DNA from: Octopus vulgaris
Lineage: Eukaryota
DNA length: 64,000 nucleotides
Assembly (NCBI GenBank): GCA_951406725.2
Contig: OX597837.1
Location: 8,928,001 to 8,992,000 of the forward strand
Reading direction: 5' to 3'
Part shown: positions 58,140-64,000 of the stretch, piece by piece
How the letters are laid out: each line of letters starts with the position of its first letter
Position numbering within the stretch: the stretch's first letter is position 1
The notes under the pieces: model-generated
What the model was told of the DNA's origin: nothing
Database searches by the model: none
The model's input: the letters and a program-made list of their open reading frames with translations, nothing else
Made by a program: the position numbers and the translations under genes

Positions 58140-59341
58140 GAACTCCAATACGAACATTTCAGAGTGTTTGTGTGTTGATGATCTGAGGACAGTGCAGATG
58201 ATTCGGAAAGAGTTGGATGAGTCTAATGGTGATTAAGAAAGTACGGCAGCTCGGAAGTCTCACTTTAATCGTTCTCATATGGAAAGAACTCCTAGATTTG
58301 TGGACGAGATCCAGGCTATGATTGACAACGATTCCTCCAAATCAATCAGGTCCATCCCCAGTAACATAGGAGTGTGTGAGTTTATTATCAGGCAGGTAGT
58401 GCATGAAGACATTTGGTATTCCTCATACAAGATGAGAAAGGGCCAGTTTTTTATCCCAATACAGCGCTACGAAGCTTTTAAAAAACTCAAGCATCCCCTC
58501 CAACCTATCATGCTTTGGTTTTTCTGAGACGAAAAAAAATTCTGCCATGATATGATGGTAAACATAGAATAGCCATTGGCTCGCCGTGTCCTCAAAACAT
58601 GTGCCCAGAGTGACAAAAATCAAACATCCAGTCAACATCATTGTGTTTTGAATGGGTGATCACTAGTGATGGCCACGTTATGCCTGCAATCATCTTTTCA
58701 CACAACCTCACACTCTACACGGAGACCTACCTCAAGTGCCTGGGGGAGGTAGTACTGCCCTGGGTGAGGAGGGTGGCTGCTGGAAGACCCTATCTCTGGT
58801 AACAGGACGCTGCACTATACCACACAACCAGGAGAACCCAATCTTGTCTGTCAGAGGGGAAACTGGTGCTCACCGGGGTGAGGAGCATTGGTGCTGGAAG
58901 ACCATATGTCTGGTAACAGGAATCTGCACCATGCCTCGCAAGCAGGAGAACCCAGTCATGACTGGCAGACGATTTCTGCAACCAGATCACTCTAATATCT
59001 GGCCACCTAACTCCCTAGACTACAACCCCTTGACTTTAAAAATGTGGGGTGTAGTTGAGAAAGAGGTCATGAAAACTCCTTGTAACACCAAAGATGAACT
59101 GAAGGCAAGGATTATGACAGCATTCACCAACATTAAACGAGATCATCCAGAAGAGTTTCAGGATATTCCGAAGTCGTCTGGATGCATGATTGAAGCCAAT
59201 GGCAATTTTATTGAATAAATTTACTCTTTAGTATTTCAAGATATTCTTATGTAATTTTGATAAATATATCTGTTAAAATGATATGCCTGTGTCATTTTCC
59301 TTTTTTCGTAGTTTACACGACAATTTATTCACCGCACACTG
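58140..59341 (+). mobile_element. Decayed IS630-Tc1-mariner transposon (DD37D/maT-like) transposase pseudogene with right TIR
   Basis: Broken frames give an HTH-like KSIRSI..., WFFSDEKKF, QDAALYH and IWPPNSLDYNPL..MWGVVE; ends TTCACCGCACACTG|TA. Confidence 0.85.
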
Positions 59342-59344
59342 TAT

Positions 59345-59703
59345 ACTCTTTTACTCTTTTACTTGTTTCAGTCCTTTGACTGCGGCCATGCTGGAGCACC
59401 GCCTTTTAGTCGAGCAAATCGACCCCGGGACTTATTCTTTGTAAGCCCAGTACTTATTCTATCGGTCTATTTTGCCGAACCGCTAAGTGACGGGGACGTA
59501 AACACACCAGCATCGGTTGTCAAGCAATGCTAGGGGGACAAACGCAGACACACAAACACATACACACACATATATAAACATATATACGACAGGATTCTTT
59601 CAGTTTCCGTCTACCAAATCCACTCACAAGGCATTGGTCGGCCCGGGGCTATAGCAGAAGACACTTGCCCAAGATGCCACGCAGTGGGACTGAACCCGGA
59701 ACC

Positions 59704-59704
<1 letters not shown>
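59345..59704 (-). mobile_element. SINE family B, young copy missing its extreme 5' end
   Basis: High identity to the reverse complement of 33767-34199. Confidence 0.85.
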
Positions 59705-59734
<30 letters not shown>

Positions 59735-60337
59735 ATATCCTACGATTTTTACTGCAGTTTAGCCGCAGCGCACAGATGCCACGCATGGCGACCAACGCCA
59801 ACACCACCACAAAGAACAACACACCACCACCAGCTTCTTCACGAGAACATCATCTACGCCCATCTTTCATTTTCATGATCAGTATCACTCCGACCCCACC
59901 GTCACTACCATTAATGCTATTGTCATCACGATCCCTACCACTCCTACTAATACCAAACCTACCACTTCTACTCCCACGACTGATAAGATTAAAGTCAACA
60001 CATACATCACTAAGATCGCTACCGTAAGCTTCGCGGAATCATGAAAAGTGAAAAAAAAAACATTAGAAGGGGAAAATTTATCTTTATACCAAAATTTTAC
60101 CTTCACTCCGGAATCATGCATTTATACACACACACACTGACATGTACGTCTGTGCGCGTTTATAAATACACACACGCAGACACGCACACACACACACGCA
60201 CACACAAATCTCTCTCTCTATATATATACAGATATTTATATATCTAAATGTGCACACATACGCACTCATACACAAGGCAAACACACACTCGTATATATAC
60301 ATATATATATATATTACATATATGTGTATACGTTGTT

Positions 60338-60378
<41 letters not shown>

Positions 60379-61039
60379 TTATATATATATATATATATAT
60401 ACATATTTATATATATATATATATATACACACACACAGACATTTTGATATGTATGCATACGTACATACATGCACATTTATATACATATATACATATATAT
60501 AAATACACACACACACACAAACACACACACATGTATATATACATGCACACACATATACAGGGCACGAAAAAGTCATCGAGTGAGAATAACAATGATGATG
60601 AGTACACGTAATTATAGACTAACAACGAGAGAAAGAAAATGCGCGAAGAACAACATCCTACGTCACCTCCCATCATCGTCATCACCACCACCATCACCAC
60701 CACCACCACCACCACCACCATCACCATCACCACCATCATCATCACCACCATTGTCCGCACCCACCACCACCACCACCAACATCGACGACAACAACGCCAT
60801 TAACAAGACCATTATTTTCCCCTCTTTCTCTCTCTCTCTCTCTCTCGAATCACTGCCTTAAATTTTAATCTTGTGTTCTACATTCGTCAACGTAAATTGA
60901 AAATTCTCTTCCCACCATGATTTGCTGAAGTTCGCTTATTTTATTTCTTTATTTACTTAATTATTTATCCAGCCATTTATTTATACATTTATTTATTTAT
61001 TTATTGACATTTATTTATCTTTGCTACTTTTTCCAGTTA

Positions 61040-61150
61040 ATTTTTGCCTTCGATGCTTTATCATTATTATTATTATTATCATTATTATTATCATTATTAT
61101 TATTATTATCATTATTATTATCATTATTATTATTATTATCATTATTATTA

Positions 61151-61238
<88 letters not shown>

Positions 61239-61261
61239 CATTATTATTATTATTATTATTA

Positions 61262-61334
<73 letters not shown>

Positions 61335-61378
61335 TATTATTATTGTTATTATAATTATTATTATTATTATTATTATTA

Positions 61379-61425
<47 letters not shown>

Positions 61426-61480
61426 GTTATTGTTACTATTATTATTATTAGTAGTATTATTATTATTGTTATTATTATTA

Positions 61481-61527
<47 letters not shown>

Positions 61528-61567
61528 GTTATTGTTACTATTATTATTATTAGTAGTATTATTATTA

Positions 61568-61602
<35 letters not shown>

Positions 61603-61735
61603 GTTATTATTAATATTATCATTATTATTATTATTATTATTACTATTATTATTATTATTATTAGTATTATTGTTATTGTTACTATTATTATTATTAGTAG
61701 TATTATTATTATTGTTATTATTATTATTATTATTT
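61040..61735. repeat. (ATT)n microsatellite with higher-order sub-repeats
   Basis: Trinucleotide tract; the block GTTATTGTTACTATT...AGTAGT recurs three times. Confidence 0.97.
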
Positions 61736-62810
61736 TTATGTGGTGATTGGTTCTTTGTTTTATACACTTTTATATCTTTCTATATTTATTTATACTGTTA
61801 TTGATGATACTCCTGTTTCTTATTTTGCAATCAAATTTTCTCTGTATATCGATCTCTCACTTTCTCTCTCCCCATCTCTCTCTCTTTCACTCTCTCTCTC
61901 TCTCACTGATTCACAATTTCTCCGCTTCCTTCTCCATTTCTCCGACCTATTCTCTTCATTGAATTCTATTCCTCACTCTGTCCCGCTCTACCAATCTTTC
62001 TCTATCTCTTTTCTCTTCTCTCTCTCTCTCTGTCTCTCTCTCTCTTTATCCCCCGTCTCTCTCTTCCCCGTCACTTTCTCCACCTCTCTCCTCTCTTTCT
62101 CCCTGTCTCTCTCTCTCTCTGCCTTACTTTAATTCACATCTTTTTTCCTGTCTTTTAACTCTGCCTCCATTTACTCGCTATGTGTTTCTTACTTTGCTCT
62201 CTCTCTCTCTCTCTTTCTCTGTATCTGCTTTTCTTTATTTCCCCATTTCCTTCAATCTCAACCTCTCCCTTTACCTACGTCCGTTTCTCTATACCTGTCC
62301 ATCCTTCCTTAACTTTACTCACACCTTTTGTTTCTTACTCCAATTCCCTTTTTCTTTCTGTCTCTCTAATTCTCCTTCTCTCTCTTCCTCTCCCTCCATC
62401 CTCCCCACTCTGTTTTTTTTTTCACGCTCATACTCGAATCGAATCCTTTCCGTCTACCCCGCACATATTTTAACACATTCTCAAAGTTTTTTTTTACTAA
62501 GTCTGTGGTTTTTCCCCAGTTTATCATCTGCCTGTCTAACTCTCTTACCTGCCACCCATTACTGACGCGCAACAGCTTTCTTATTCATTCTCTATAAGCT
62601 CATCTTCTCTCGTTCTCTTTTATTTTCACCTTCCCTATGTTATTTCACCTCATCATGCTCCTGGGACCACGCATAAAACTACAACTCCAAAACTTCAAAC
62701 AACAACAAACTAAAAAATATCAAATATCTTGGTACAACCCTTCTTGTATTGACACAATTAAAACAATTATTCTCTCCAAATTTATAAACTTGATATATAT
62801 TTATATATAC

Positions 62811-62841
<31 letters not shown>

Positions 62842-62842
62842 G

Positions 62843-62917
<75 letters not shown>

Positions 62918-63030
62918 ATATGTATATATATATATATATATATGCACACGTATATATATATACATATTTATGTATACATATGTATATATATATATATGTA
63001 TATTTATGCGTATATTTGTATTTATTTGTG

Positions 63031-63084
<54 letters not shown>

Positions 63085-63255
63085 AAGATAAGCAGAGTTA
63101 GCGGCTGGAATAACTGTCTAAGGGATAAGAATATCCGATTTTACTACCGGTATCGTTTATCCATGTTAACCCTGGGCATGGGCATGCAAGTACATTATGC
63201 TCATAGGCCACAGGTAATAACAAAATAAACAAACCTTTATCAGGAATCAAATTCG

Positions 63256-63439
63256 AATAAGCAGAAAATGGAGAACACTTTTGATCAGCAAACAAACAAA
63301 TTGATCAACATCGATTAATTACTTTTTAATACAAAACATAATACCATGTTATGTTCTGTTTTGTATTCAAAATTAATTAACCAATGTTGGTCAATTTGTT
63401 TGTTTTCTGATCAAAAGTTTTCTCCATTTACGGCTTATT
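63256..63439. repeat. Imperfect ~83-bp inverted repeat ending at (TA)n
   Basis: AATAAGCAGAAAATGGAGAACACTTTTGATCAG... pairs with ...CTGATCAAAAGTTTTCTCCATTTACGGCTTATT. Confidence 0.75.
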
Positions 63440-63441
63440 TA

Positions 63442-63477
<36 letters not shown>

Positions 63478-63480
<3 letters not shown>

Positions 63481-63788
63481 TGTGATCACGTGACCGACCA
63501 GACCATCAGATATTGTTACACATCGCTGGTCACAATGCGTTCGCATTGTTTTAGCCTTCGAAAGATGCCACCCCGCTGGCTAAGCGAGCAGGCCATCAGA
63601 AGAAAGAGCGAGAGAAAGAGTGGTGAAAGAGTACAGCAGGGATCACCCCCCCCCCCGCTGCCGGTGCCTCGTGGAGCTTTTAAGGTGTTTTCGCTCAATA
63701 AACACACACAACGCCCGGTCTGGGAATCGGAACCGCGATCCTTCGACCGCGAGTTCGCTGCCCTAACCACTAGGCCATTGCGCCTCTA
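63478..63788 (-). mobile_element. SINE family C, full length
   Basis: Minus strand GAGGCGCAATGGCCTAGTGGTTAGGGCAGCGAACTCGCGG...GGTTCCGATTCCC head. Confidence 0.85.
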
Positions 63789-63824
<36 letters not shown>

Positions 63825-64000
63825 GTGTGTGTGTGTGTGTGTGTGTTTGTGTGCTACTATACGCTTGCATATCTGCATCCTATGCGTGCGCTTTTTACTC
63901 GCTTATACCCTAGGACAGAAATAGCGTGCAGTATGTAATATCAGGCGGTTCAGAAGTCAATGTATACAGTTCTTCCCGTACTTCATTTACCCTCTCCTCT

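Overview
AT-rich, microsatellite-saturated eukaryotic DNA, most likely an Octopus (coleoid cephalopod) intergenic or intronic region. The taxon is inferred from the repeat landscape, not from a search. I can support no host protein-coding exon: nearly all listed ORFs are translations of (TA)n, (TATC)n, (ATT)n or (CA)n tracts or of SINEs. The window holds three abundant SINE-like families, decayed DNA transposons (Tc1/mariner, pogo/Tigger and hAT MITEs, Helitron/Helentron-like) and LINE remnants (RTE-like tails, R4/Dong-like, possibly L1/Tx1). The main signal is about 16 type I hammerhead ribozyme (HHR) motifs read by eye on both strands, plus 2-3 weaker ones. Nearly all are the minimal kind with a palindromic loop III, typical of Penelope-like elements (PLE) and retrozymes. 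They occur as a 283-bp tandem array (retrozyme-like), as two head-to-head double-HHR palindromes, as short solo units abutting (TA)n tracts, and once behind a tRNA-like Pol III head. Repeat boundaries are approximate.
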